Source of the DNA: Cycas panzhihuaensis
Lineage: Eukaryota > Plantae > Cycadophyta
Assembly: GCA_023213395.1 (NCBI GenBank)
Contig: CM041465.1
Coordinates: 205,475,741-205,539,740 of the forward strand
Length of the DNA: 64,000 nucleotides
Direction: 5' to 3'
Numbering within the stretch: position 1 is the stretch's first letter; each line of letters opens with the position of its first letter. This document shows, piece after piece, positions 13,016-25,709 of the stretch. The notes beneath the pieces were generated by a model. The model did not search any database. It was not told where the DNA came from and saw only the letters and a list, made by a program, of their open reading frames with translations. The translations under genes were made by a program, and so were the position numbers.

Positions 13016-16000
13016 TATACAAAATAATATCATATATACTCACATCATTTGCGTATATGAAGTTGGTTAAAACAAGGAAATTAAGAGTGGCCTAGCATAG
13101 TATCATCCATTTATAAAAGTATCATAACTAATTATTGGCCTTATAAAATCATATTGAAGTAAACTATAATAACACCAAGGGATGTCACTCACTCTCCATG
13201 TGGTCAATTAGTGTTATTTTGAACCTTGACATATTGTCCTCAATGAATAAGGCCTTAAAATGAATGAATTATGTAGATGAACTTAGTGAGTTTCATTATT
13301 AATATAACTCTATTTTTAAATAAGGTATTAATGTTATTATTGGGGTTGTAGATAGTTAATCCCAATACCTTAATGCTTAGGGAATGTATAACTATTTTTA
13401 GATATATAATATAGTCTTATAAATAAGAATAATAATCCTAAGTTCATGAGAAACTCTCTCAATATAACTATAGAATTAGTAGATATAAGCATAACTCATC
13501 CTCATAAATACCTATAAAACTTAACTCTATCAAGGTAGATACTATGGATATCTAACATATATCATTAAGTTGTGGAAAATTATATAAAACATTGGCATCA
13601 AATTAAATGAACCTAGAGTTGAGAAAAGATTATAAAGTATATTATTCAATGTAAACTCAAAGTAATAAATCTGATAACAAAACTTTATAGCGCTCTCAAA
13701 TGATACTAGGGATCATTACATTGATCTAATGAGGAGTTATAGGGATATGTTTTGTGGTATCTACGTTTAGAAGGAAGAAGAAAAATGATGAGATTTACTC
13801 TTAACATAAAGGACTTATAATATTGATTCAATTAAAAAATAATAAAATCCTTTTATGAGTTATGTTGTATAAGGCCTATAAGTTATGATGATGGGTTATG
13901 TGAAGCACTAATTAGGACAAAGTTATGGCATAAGGTGGCTCTAATATTCTTTTATCAATCTTCAACCTAATGTGTATCAACACATATTAGACTAATGGAA
14001 ACCATAGGTATAACTCAAACATCAATCATATAGTCTTCACAATAGGGATATAATAGAGAGAAGGGAAGGTAAAGTGGTGTACAACCACCCTATAAGATCC
14101 CATAACTCAATATAAAATTAAGATATAAGTAAATATGATGATAAAATAAAAAAACATGAAGTGATAAGTAATGAAATGAAATGATAAGCGTGACTCATAA
14201 AAAAAAAATGTGAAATGGTGATATGAGCAAAGAATAACTAAATAATTATGGGCAAGATAATACCTAAAGCATGATGTCTCAAAATGAATGGATCATATAG
14301 ATGGACTAACATACCTTAATATGCAAAGATATATAAGTAAAAAAATCCCCTAGATCTCTTTTTTATTAGTGTTTTTAATACATTTAATTTATATCACTAT
14401 TATATTTGAAAAGACACATTTTAGATCTCTAGAATGTTACGTTAAAATTATTTTAAATTTTAGCGTTTTTGAAGGATAAGAAGGGTGGAGAGTCATTTTT
14501 ATAACATAAGACCTAGAAAATTAATAATTTCTTAAGTTATTGTATAACTTTGAATTTGTAGCATTAACATCATAGAAAAGTTATACCTAAAAATCACATA
14601 TTTAAAAATATGTTTTTTATAATATTTATTATATTATAAAATTATTAAATTCTTAATATATGAACTGTAGTTAATTTTAAAAATATATATATTCTAGGAA
14701 CTATTATTTTAAGCATTGTTTCTTCCCTTTAGAATTTAATTTTATAAAAAGGTTTATATTTTATAGATAATTACTTTATATTTTATCAATCACTTAAAGC
14801 ATTGAATAGTTTTTTTTTAAGTTATATTTTTCAAGGATAAATTTTAAAAAATTAAGTTCCCTTCCTCTAACTTCATTTTTAAAAAATATATGATTTCCTT
14901 TGTTTTAAAAAAAATAAATTAAAATATATAGTGTCATAACAAGTTATACCCTTGTCCTAACCTACCTATAATAAAATTAAAATAAGGTGTGGCAAGCTAG
15001 CTCAAATTTTTTTTTTTTTTTTCCTTTTTATTTTTATAAAGATTGTAAGTAGTATTTTTAATCTTTTTTTTTTAATAAAAATAGGGAAGGGGATCACCCT
15101 CTTCCTTTAGTTTAAATCATCTCCCTTTCTCTATCTTAAAAACTTTAGATGACAATGCCTTTATTTAAATTAAAAGAGGAGGTGGGGGAAGTGTAAATGA
15201 GGACATTTATGGGTATGGGTGATGTTAGGGCTATGGCATTGATAATAATTACACAATAGATGGAACAATGAAAATTATGATGACCAATCAGGGTTGGGTA
15301 ATATATTTTATACTTTGATTTTTTTTGTTAAATTCAAGGAAAGGGGGCTATTTAATAACTTTCTTAACTAGTTCAAAAAAGAATACATCTAACTATAATA
15401 GATTATAGACACAAATGAGTGGAAAACCAAAAAGGAGGGTTGTACAACAAAAAAGTACTCCAATTCATATAACAAAGTAGAGAAGGTATTAATTTCTTTA
15501 ACTTATTAAGCAGTTGTTAACCTTTTATAGTTTATCTATAGCCAACTTAATCTTAGCACAAATTCTTCAGTCAAAGTAGAAAAATTACCATTGCTATTCC
15601 ATTGCATCTTAAGAGAGTCAATCTCATTATATGATGAATCAAAAAGTCCCTTAGTAAAAGAACTAAGCTATAAGTGAATAATATCTTCTAGGTCACATAG
15701 CTTAACCTCACCAAAAAAGTGTCTTCTAGTAGAAATAAAAGAGGAATATCAATCAAATCCTCAATTTTAAAAGCTAGAATCTCCCAACTAGTACTTGATT
15801 GTTATGCATCTTAGGTTCTACTTAATAATATCAATAGCCTCTTATGTTATAATGTTAGAAGTGCTTATGTGTAGAGGTTAGTATTAGTTGTTAATTAGTT
15901 ATTAGTCTAGTTAATGCATATTTAAGATTTCTTATTAAAGGATTCATTAATATTTTGTTAAATGAACTCAACCACAAAAATTATGTCTAAATATATGCAT

Positions 16001-16064
16001 AATTAAAGCATAATTCAATTAGAATGATAATATTATTTTTTTGTCTTATGAATGTTATATGCGA

Positions 16065-16068
<4 letters not shown>

Positions 16069-16108
<40 letters not shown>
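16069..16108. repeat. (CT)20 microsatellite
   Basis: Read directly from the sequence. Confidence 0.95.
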
Positions 16109-16111
<3 letters not shown>

Positions 16112-17429
16112 ATTCCTTGATGGTATTAAAGAAAATGTCAAAAGAATAGTATAAAGATTACTATTGTTCCATTGGTGATTTGTTGAGGATCATGTCATTA
16201 TTGAAGTTGCATCATTGAGGAGAGATTTTTTTATAAACAGAGCCAATGTTGAGGAGGTTCTGCACAACTTAATTGTAGGCATGTTTTATTACTTGTTCAA
16301 CCTTATTTTTGCCTTTTGTTAAGAAAGTTAGGTTGCATTAATGATAGCAATGATTATTTAGATTTCTTCCTTTGTTTTTATATGTAAAAATTTGAGTTTG
16401 TTGTTAACGACCATAATAATAATCATACATAGCCATTAGAAGTTGTACGTCATGTCTTAACTTATCAAAAGCATTAAATTTCTTTATGAAAGTGCCTAGA
16501 TTTATTTTGAGATGTAGTGATTGTTGAGATGACAAAATAGTCATTCATTATATTATATATACATTGGGCTCTCATGAAAAATTGTTGAGCATATAATATG
16601 AATCACACATTTTTTTACCATTGACTGATGAATTGTAGATTGTATGATTTATTTTATTGAGTTTTATACCTATTATTAGGTTCATATCTAAAAGATACAA
16701 AGACCCATATCTTCAAAATTTAATTTCATATATTGGTTGATAAGTTTGAAGCATCGTAAAAGCCCACAAAGTTCATCCTTGAAGTACACAAGTCCACAAT
16801 CAAAGTGATTAAATTTTTGATGAATATTACTTTCCTAAGGATTTAAGTATGTTAAATTATTTTAAAAGGTGCTTTTAAATTTGGCTTCTAAGTTTTTATG
16901 TTAGTGGGGGATCTTATGGTATTTTGAAGTCACTAAGCTAAAGAGGAAATGAGCCAATCCCTTATTTTTTTTACTTTTCACACTTTTTTATAACATAGAG
17001 GGATAGTTTTGGCTATAAATTTTTATGCAAGTATCAAATTTTGAAATCATCTAAAGAAGTGTAATCCTAACTCAAAGGGCTACACAACAAACTATTGGAT
17101 GGTATGTTTTGGTGCTAATTTGATAAATTTATATGAGTTTAAAGTTAACACTTTGATTTTTTGGTACTTATTACCCCCTTTTCCTCTTTGCTCAAAGGGT
17201 GTAAATAAAAAAACAATGAAAATGTATATGCAGTGGTAGTAAATGTACATAGTAAAGGGAATTTATCAATAAAAGATAGTAATCTCAGGACTTAGTCTAA
17301 AAGAGTATATCAAAGGGACATTTTTTTATGGAATTGTCTAACTTCCTAAAGTTTGTATTTTTAGATGGGTTTTATTCCTTCTATAGGTGAACTCTAATAA
17401 TTTCAAATTTGGGTGAAAGAAAGCAAGCC

Positions 17430-18080
17430 AAAAATAATTCATCTTCCAGGTTATGAAATGTAAGGAAGGAACAATCTTATATGTTTTCATATTTTCACAA
17501 ATGCGATAATGATTGTATGCACTCAAGTAATCGACTATGAAATTATGAATAAAGAGATAACAAGGTAATAGGATATAGAGTCATTTATCTCTAAAGTTAT
17601 GAAACAGGAGGAAAAGATGATGTCATACATTGTTGCAATTGCACACACCTTTTTCATTTTTGCAAATACGATAAAGGAGAGGAAGACTTAGGTGATAAAC
17701 TACAAAATTATGAAGAAAAGAATAAAGTGATGAAGCACATCATAAGATCCATCCTACTCATCTCCAAAGGTATGAAATATGAGGAAGGGATCATGGTATA
17801 TGTTCTTGCATTCTCATAAATGAGTTGAAGGTGAAAGTTATTCAAGAGGCAAATATCAAAATAAAGGATGAGTCTTGTATCTTCTCATATTTTTGTAAAT
17901 GGTGGAAAAGAGATGAAGACTCAATTCAATGGGTTGCAAAGTTATGAAAAGAGGATAACAAAGTGATGTGGTCCCACCATTAAGTCATTTTATATTATTT
18001 CTTTCTCATGCTCTTACAAAAGAGCATTTCATATCACAATTTAAAGACATTCATCTACACAATTATGAAATGTGAAGAGT
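17430..18080. repeat. Degenerate tandem repeat array (~150-300 bp spacing), probably the U3 of an old gypsy LTR
   Basis: Recurring tcatct..ca..gttatgaaa...gaggaa at ~17439, 17585, 17757, 18050, alternating with aaattatgaa...ataa(c)aaagtgat at ~17540, 17703, 17937. Confidence 0.45.
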
Positions 18081-19399
18081 ATATAATAAATCATTAGATT
18101 AGATGGCACAATAGCTTAAAAGAAATTAGTTCATATAAATATCATCATGAAGTCATTATTTTAGTTATTTTCTTAGTAAAATTCAATGGAGAGTGACTAA
18201 TAAATGACACAAAGGTTTGAAGAGTAGCATTATCAATGAAGATGGTAATATTAATCTAAATCCCCATACTTCAATTTATACCCATGGTATTTTGCTCAAT
18301 TTTCAAGTTGATTCTAGGGAAGTAGTGTTAGGTTAGAGAAAATAGAAGATTCGTCACTTTACAGGAGTTAACTTACATAGGGTCAAACTAGATTTCAAGA
18401 AGAGACAATCGATGAATAGATGCCAACTTTAAAAGAGAATAAGGTTTATCATTTGAACTATTAAATATGATACTTACATCCCAAATTCCAAATTAAAAGG
18501 AAAAAGGTTAAAGAAGATATGGTTCTATAGATTAACATTACTTAGTCTACCTAATATATTATTGTGGTTCCAACATTCTCTTCTCATGTCTTTCTTTAGT
18601 CTTTACTTTATACCTTCTTCTTATCCCTCCTCCTCCTAAAATTTCTCTTCTTCAATGTTAAATTATTACATATTAAACTATCTCTAGAATAGACCCATGA
18701 AACCAATTAGGGGAAAATGTGGTTTTCCTTAACTCTCATTTTGTGTATTAAATATGCTAGAATGTGCTCTTTGATTTAAAGCACCATTTTCTTGATAATT
18801 GAAGACTTATATTTAGTTTATTTAGTGTTTAGTTCTTTACCATTACTAGGAAATCTGTGTTGTAGACCATTAGATTAATTTAGCTCTATTGGTATCTACG
18901 GTTTACAACATTTTAAATTCTAAGAGACCTAGAACAGTGGTTATATTTAATTTTCTTTTCTATTCTTTTTTTCTTAAATGCATATCACATGATTTAAACC
19001 TTCTTAGTATTTTAAAAATGTTCATGAAAATGCTCTTCTACTAACCATTTTTTTCCTAGTAGATAATTTTCATAAATTCATTTATTTATTCTATTAGATA
19101 ATTAATGTGTCTTAGAACTAAATATTTTATAATTTTCCCCTAAAATTCTTTTTTAGAACTTTCGTTGTATATATTCGTTGAAATTAGTGTTTTTAAAGCT
19201 AACTAGATAGTTTAGGAGGTCATATACCTATTTATTAAGAGCCTAAAGTATACAAAAAGGGTTGTTGAGCTCATCTTAAGAGTGAAAATCGAGGAGGCCT
19301 AGTAGTAATCTTAAGATTACCAAAAAAGTAGAAGAGGAGGCTTTTTCTTAATCAATAATTCCCATAATTAAGAGTTTCATCAAAGATAGATGAAGAGGA

Positions 19400-19990
19400 A
19401 ACACCTTGTAGACATATTCTCCCTTAAATTTAAAGTAATCCTTTAAATTTTTGGGATGAGTAACATGACATACCTAACAAAGCCCTAAAGGCTTATCTAA
19501 AGTTTAATGGAGATGGGATAGCCATTACAAAGTAACATATAGAGAATTTATCTATTATGCATGATGTTTTAGATTGTTGAGCCTAATATGGTTATTACAT
19601 TTTTTATTCATTCAATGACTAAGAATGTTATTACATGGTTTTATTCCTTGCCCATTTCCTCTACTAGAGATTGGAAAGATTTGATGTAAGTGTATAAATT
19701 TATGTAAGAAGACATTCTCCACCATAACAAGAGAGTCCTTAAGCATTAAAAAAGGAGCTAGGGAAAGTACAAGTAATTATGTTGAGAGGTTTGATAAAAC
19801 TTTGAAATAAATTGATACTAAATGTAAACCTATATAACCCATATTAATAGAATGACTTTTAGATGGGCTTAACCTTGAAACTAGACCTATGGTTATCCTT
19901 AAGGAGCCAGGCAATCTACAACAAACAAAAAGCCTTGCTCTTAATCTTGAAATAGTCATGGATAAATGGGAAAGACCTCAATTTCCTTTT
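19400..19990 (+). pseudogene. Degenerate Ty3/gypsy gag (Retrotrans_gag-like) fragment
   Basis: HDIPNKALKAYLKFNGDG...FFIHSMTKNVITWFYSLPISSTRDWKDL pattern, with stops and frameshifts. Confidence 0.6.
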
Positions 19991-21144
19991 CAAGCAAATC
20001 CTGGAAGGGAAAACTTTCCACCAAGCCAACAAGTAGAAGGAAGTATTTAGGCTATGATTAGAAAGTTCAATAATAAGGTATAATACTAGAAGAAATGGGC
20101 CAGAGGAAAAGAGCCTCAAAGCATTACTATATTAAAAAATCTTAAAGTGGAGCTTACTATTAGAATATTGATATTTTTAGATATGTAATATTTAATATAT
20201 TTTTATGAACCCATACACAAAAGTATTAATAAGTGTAACATATATACATATTCATATACATATCTTATTAGATTATGGAAAGGCTTAAGAGATATTACAA
20301 GCTATTCATGAGGTGATATATATATATATATATACCACTTGAGAACTTTAGAGAAGAAGGATTCACTTGGAGATGTAAATATTTGGATATCAAAAGAGGT
20401 GTTCCTAACTCCAACCTTCTCCCATGATTTTTCCAATAATGGGTTTTCTACATATAAATATGTTGTCATTTATAATGATGTTTTATGAATGCTTATTGCA
20501 TGCTCATTGATGTTATGGTGAAATTTAGTATAAAGAAAAATAAAATTGATATAAAATAATAATACACAAATGAAAGAACAACAAAAACAAAGATCACAAT
20601 GGTACACTTTAGGTACCTTAACTTTGATTAAGACCATAAGAACATTGCTATATCAATATGCAATATGATACATTGAGTCTATATTTATAATACATAACTT
20701 GGCTATGTATGGGACCCACCACAAATACCAATATAAAAAAATTATTTTCGCAAATGTGCATTAGCATTTTGCCTCATGAAGCATGAACTAAGCTATTTTA
20801 ACAATCCCCTATGATGCACATTTGGGAACATAGATGTTGCTTTAAATTTAAAATGCTTGATCTTTGAAAATGTCTTAAAAATGATATTTAGAATTTAGTC
20901 TTCAATTCATCTTTGTTGTATCAATTCTTGAATGTAGTAATAATGCTTGATCTTGATATGCTTCATTCTTCTATGTTAAGTTGAGTTCTTCATTATATGT
21001 ATAGTATTTTGATTATCATATTGAATCTTTGTAAGTTCATTCTGACTTTGCTGTAGATCTTATAATATCTCTCTCATATAAATTATTTCATAACCTTCTA
21101 CTTTAACTTGTTTGTATTTTGTTTTAGGTTCATAATTTTGAATC

Positions 21145-21709
21145 ACTTGAGATCTAATCATACTCTTATCAAAACGTAGATCAAGAATATCTCCTAGATC
21201 AGGCTTAATCACAATCTATTTCTCTTCATTAACTTGAAAATCCCTCTTATTATTTAAATAATTATAATCATCTTTCGAAACTTATATACTTAAATTTGAA
21301 TCAACATTCAAAATAAGAACTTCACTTATATTTGAATCATTAGTAACATTGATAGATATAAGTAAATCAGATTCAACTTTAACTTCAAGTACAATCTCTT
21401 TTAAAGTAATAGGAACATCTAAAGAAACTTGAGATCTTGCCATACTCTTATCAAAACTTGGATCAAGAATATCTCCTAGGTTAGGCTTAATCACAATCTA
21501 TTTTTTCTTCATTAACTTGAAAATCCCTCTTATTATTTAAATAATTATAATCATCTTTTGAAACTTATATACTTAAATTTGAATCAACATTCAAAACAAG
21601 AACTTCACTTGTATTTAAATCATTAGTAACATTGACAGATATAAGTGAATCAGATTCAACTTTAACTTCAAGTACAATCTCTTTTAAAGTAACAAGAACA
21701 TCTAAAGAA
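21145..21709. repeat. ~282-bp tandem duplication
   Basis: Units 21145-21426 and 21427-21709; ORFs 21282-21494 and 21565-21900 share VSLDV..TLKEIVLEVKVESD...NVDSNLSI. Confidence 0.9.
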
Positions 21710-23023
21710 ACTTTGACATATTGAATTGCTTGATTATAGTCATTAGTAGATTCTTCACATCTAATAATAGTAATAGGTTCATCACACTCAACATACTCAA
21801 TAGTAGTAGTCTCACCAATAGCCTTATTAGATTCAACAATATATCTAATCATAGTCTCTTTACATTCAAAAGTAGTTTCATCAATAATATTTTCAACCAC
21901 ACTCTATTAACAAACCTTTTCATCATATTCTTGACAGTCCTTCTAAATATATTCTTGATATAGCTTCTCAAGTTATTCTTAAATTTATGTATTTTCTTGA
22001 AAATCTTAATTTTATAAATTTGCTTGAATATAGGCTTGAAGAACCTATATTTTCTCTTCAATCTTGAATTAAACTTAAGTTTTAAAAGATTCCATGTTTC
22101 CTTATTTGTATTAACATAATATATATGGTATATTACATCATTATTCAAAATAGAATAGATGTAATAAAGTGAACTATTATCTTTTATTTTAAGTTCCTTC
22201 TTCTCCTTTTCTTGATCAGGTGTTAACTAAGTAGTAGGATAAATAGGTACCAAAACTTTATATCCTTGAGAAACAAAATCCTATAAATTATTTGAAATCA
22301 AATAAGATTTTATGCCTCTTGACAACTTTAAATAATTTTTCTTATTGAACCTTACCAAGTTCTAAAAACTTAGAAAATCTGAAGAAGATGCCATCTTGTA
22401 AATGAACATTAACCAACCATGGACATAGATCACATCATACTTAAGATATATCAACCCGTAAATCCTATCTCTCAATTTTAGGACCTCTTTACTAAATAAA
22501 TGAATAGTTAAGAGTGTAAAAATTCATCTCAAATGCATAAAAGATAGGCCACATAGTCACACAAATCTATCAACAAGATGATAGCAACCTTGTCCTTGAT
22601 TTTAGGACCTCCTTCTGCCTCCTAGTTCTTTATAGGATTTAATATGCATATTAAAAAAAAAAAAAATTTAAATGCTTTACAATAACCTTCTAGAGATTAA
22701 AATTTGGTTGCCCTAGGATCAAGAAATAAGTAAAAAAATGATATACATGGTGTAAAAGAAAATTTTATCTAGTTACAACATAGGGATCTAGCATAAAGAC
22801 TCAAGTTTGGATTAAAATTTCTCTATGAAAACAATCCCAAAATATGTCAAATCATATACCAAAATAGTGGGCTCTAAGTAAGAATTCCAATGGTTTAGAT
22901 AGTTCAAACAGTAAGGTCCTGAAACTTAAGATATTAAAGAAAATGTACATGTATCTCTTTAAAAAATAAAATTAATGAGTTAGGTTTTAGTGGCCTTTAC
23001 TAAAATCATAATAACTCTTAAAC

Positions 23024-23098
23024 TAGATCTCCAAAATAAAAATTTATTTAAATCTCTAAATTAAAAATTTATTTAGATCTCCAAATTAAAAATTTATT
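23024..23098. repeat. 25-bp tandem repeat, 3 copies
   Basis: ta(g/a)atctc(c/t)aaa(a/t)taaaaatttatt repeated three times. Confidence 0.85.
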
Positions 23099-25709
23099 TT
23101 TTTAAAGTAATCTATGCTTCAAGCCACATTAATCCAAAAAATTTGAGTTTATTTGGATACTTGTAGAAATAATTATGGCCGTTTTAATATGGGATACAAT
23201 TAGGATTTCTAAGGACTATAGTAGTACTTATTACTAAAATATTAATAACATTTTACTCCAGTATTTGATGGATCTAAAATAACTTCTAATAAAAACTAGA
23301 TATTAATATGTATAGATTTTAAAAAAATAATAATAATAAGATCAATTAGATACTTATAGCTAAAATAATTATTATTAAGGTCATAGTAGTAGATTTTAGA
23401 CCCCAAAGATAGTGATGGATAGTAGGCTAAAACTAAATTCCCTATAATTTTTGTAATTTCACTCTAAAACATGTGGTACAACCACTTAAAATTTATAGAC
23501 TATGCGTGGTTAACTCAAATTCATGATTTTTTTTTTTTTAATTCTTCTATTTATACTCCCAAAAATGAATTGTAATGGCACTTAAACTTTTCTTTCACAC
23601 TTAGGATTAGGGTTTCTATCTTAAATCCTAAATTAACAAATACAATACACCATAGATAACTAACAAATAAGCTCTATAAAGCCACCTCTATACAACACTG
23701 ACAAATAGCAAATATGTAGAATAAAAGACTTGTAATGTACCTTACTTCTCACTGTGACTTTGTTACCATGTAGAAAAATAAAATTGATAGAAAATAATAA
23801 TGCACAAATGAAAGAACAATAATAATCAGGATAATAATGATACCCTTAAAGTATCTTAACTTTGATTAAGACCATAAGAACATTGTTACATCAATGTACA
23901 ATATGATATATTAAGTGTGTATTTATAATACATAACTTGGCTATGTGTGGGACCCACCATAAATACCAATATCATAATAAAATTAATTTCATAAATGTGC
24001 ATAACTACTTTACCTCATGAAGTGTGAACTAAGTTATTTTAACATATTACACATGTTCATGTTATTATTTCATATGTTTATATTACATTATATGAATTGT
24101 ATATATAATCCTCATGATATGAATGATTCATTATACTTTTTTGATATGATTTTTCTATGCATGATTAGTCCCTTCTAACATGATATGTCAAAGAATTAAA
24201 AATTCCAATATGGTATTAGAGCTATATTATGAAGATCTTGTAAAGTAGATTGAAGTCTATATATGAGTCAATTTAACTAGTATAAAGTAAGTTATAAAAC
24301 CAATATGAGCCAATATAGAACCTAGTTTGAGGAGGAATTTGATGAGCCAAAGATGAGTATGCCAATGGAATATGACCAAGATGTTGGGATAAGTGAAGAT
24401 GATAAAACCACATATGGGAGATTAAGTCATATGATGAATACTATAGATGAATAGATATATTGATTATTTAATTTATATATACATTTAATTTTAATCATGT
24501 CGCATGCATACTCTCAAGAACATATAAGTTTAAACTAATCTATTGAAGATCATGTGATAAAGAGATACTATTGTTAGTTGAGTTTACTTATGTAGATTGA
24601 TCACCTATAAATATGTCTAAAGTTTTATAAAATTGATCATATCACCTAATCTCACAATTAGTAATAACATGTATACTTAGGTATGTTGAATAATATGAAG
24701 ACATAATAACCCATCAGTATGTAAAATAAGCATCAAACATATACCAGTGATATGCAACACTCTATAAAGGTATATTGATAGTAGTATGAGGTATGTATTA
24801 TTAAGTGGGCATGATGATTTAATAAAAATTAAGGGCATGATTATGGAAGAATATTATAGTGGCATAAGACTAATAGGTTGTTAATAATGATAGTAAGAGT
24901 TTGAAGTAGTTATTTTTGTGGCATATATGAGGACTTCAAACACCATGATATGATGAATAAGGGTTTGATTTGATATAGATTTAATTCCTTTATGTCATAT
25001 TTCGTGGGTTATTGAGGTAGTATTTAAGGTATGAATTATAACTAGGGTTTTAACTTAGTTATAAATGGTTATAAATTTTGAGCACTATTGATTATCTTGC
25101 ATAAAAGGAAAACAAATTTGTATACCTTTATTCATCATCAAAGTTCACATGAGAAGTCATAATTAGTTATTGGATCTGTGTTGAGCATATATAGCCATGT
25201 GTCTATCACACCTGAAGTGGTCACATGAGGAGTGTATAAACTATATGAAAAGTTACCCATCATGAAGGATGATTCCTACCTTTACCCAGGTTGTGCTTGC
25301 CCATGCCACAAAAATGAACACACTAATAGTCAGGTACCCTATATTAACTCATTATTGCTTATGTGAGGCCTATATATTGTCCACCTTGTTAGAATTTAGA
25401 ATTTATATTTGATATCATATTATAATATACTAAGTATATGTAGAAGAAACATAATAATCATATATAATGAAGAATCATCTCTTGAAAAATATACACAAAT
25501 AAAGCAATGTACATGAAATATAAAGTATAAATAATAGAAACATACACTAAGCATTCACCATAAGAGAGATAATAAATTTATATATGGAAAACCTAATGTG
25601 AGAAAAACCACAAAAGTAAGTGAAGTTTGGAACTTCTTTTGGATACATCTCAAGGTCAAAGACCTTTCTTAAGTTCTTAAGTAGTGTGTATACATATTCT
25701 AATGGATAT

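Larger units (their letters stand above)
20531..24044 (-). mobile_element. Structurally complete non-autonomous gag-only LTR element (TR-GAG-like)
   Basis: Direct-repeat LTRs 20531-20803 and 23769-24044; decayed PBS TGGTAACAAAGT next to 23769; PPT (atcccct on +) at 20804; TSD tagta/tatta. Gag N-terminus MASSSDFLSF*NLVRFNKKNY...NNL*DFVSQGY near 22394; no PR, INT or RT motifs seen. Confidence 0.8.
20158..24222 (+). repeat. Host copia-type LTR split by the nested element, followed by a decayed PBS
   Basis: U5-type motif gggttttctacatataaat at 20441; the LTR resumes at 24045 and ends ...ccaata at 24210; PBS-like tggtattagagc at 24211-24222. Confidence 0.5.

Noticed and set aside
15480-15800. Possible decayed LINE RNase H on the minus strand (EIDS and AD.LA-like traces)
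   Set aside because: Only a few residues match and they need several frameshifts; not supportable without an HMM search.
13016-16000. Host gene or DNA transposon in the very AT-rich stretch
   Set aside because: I could not identify ORFs, splice-consistent exons, TIRs or TSDs by eye.
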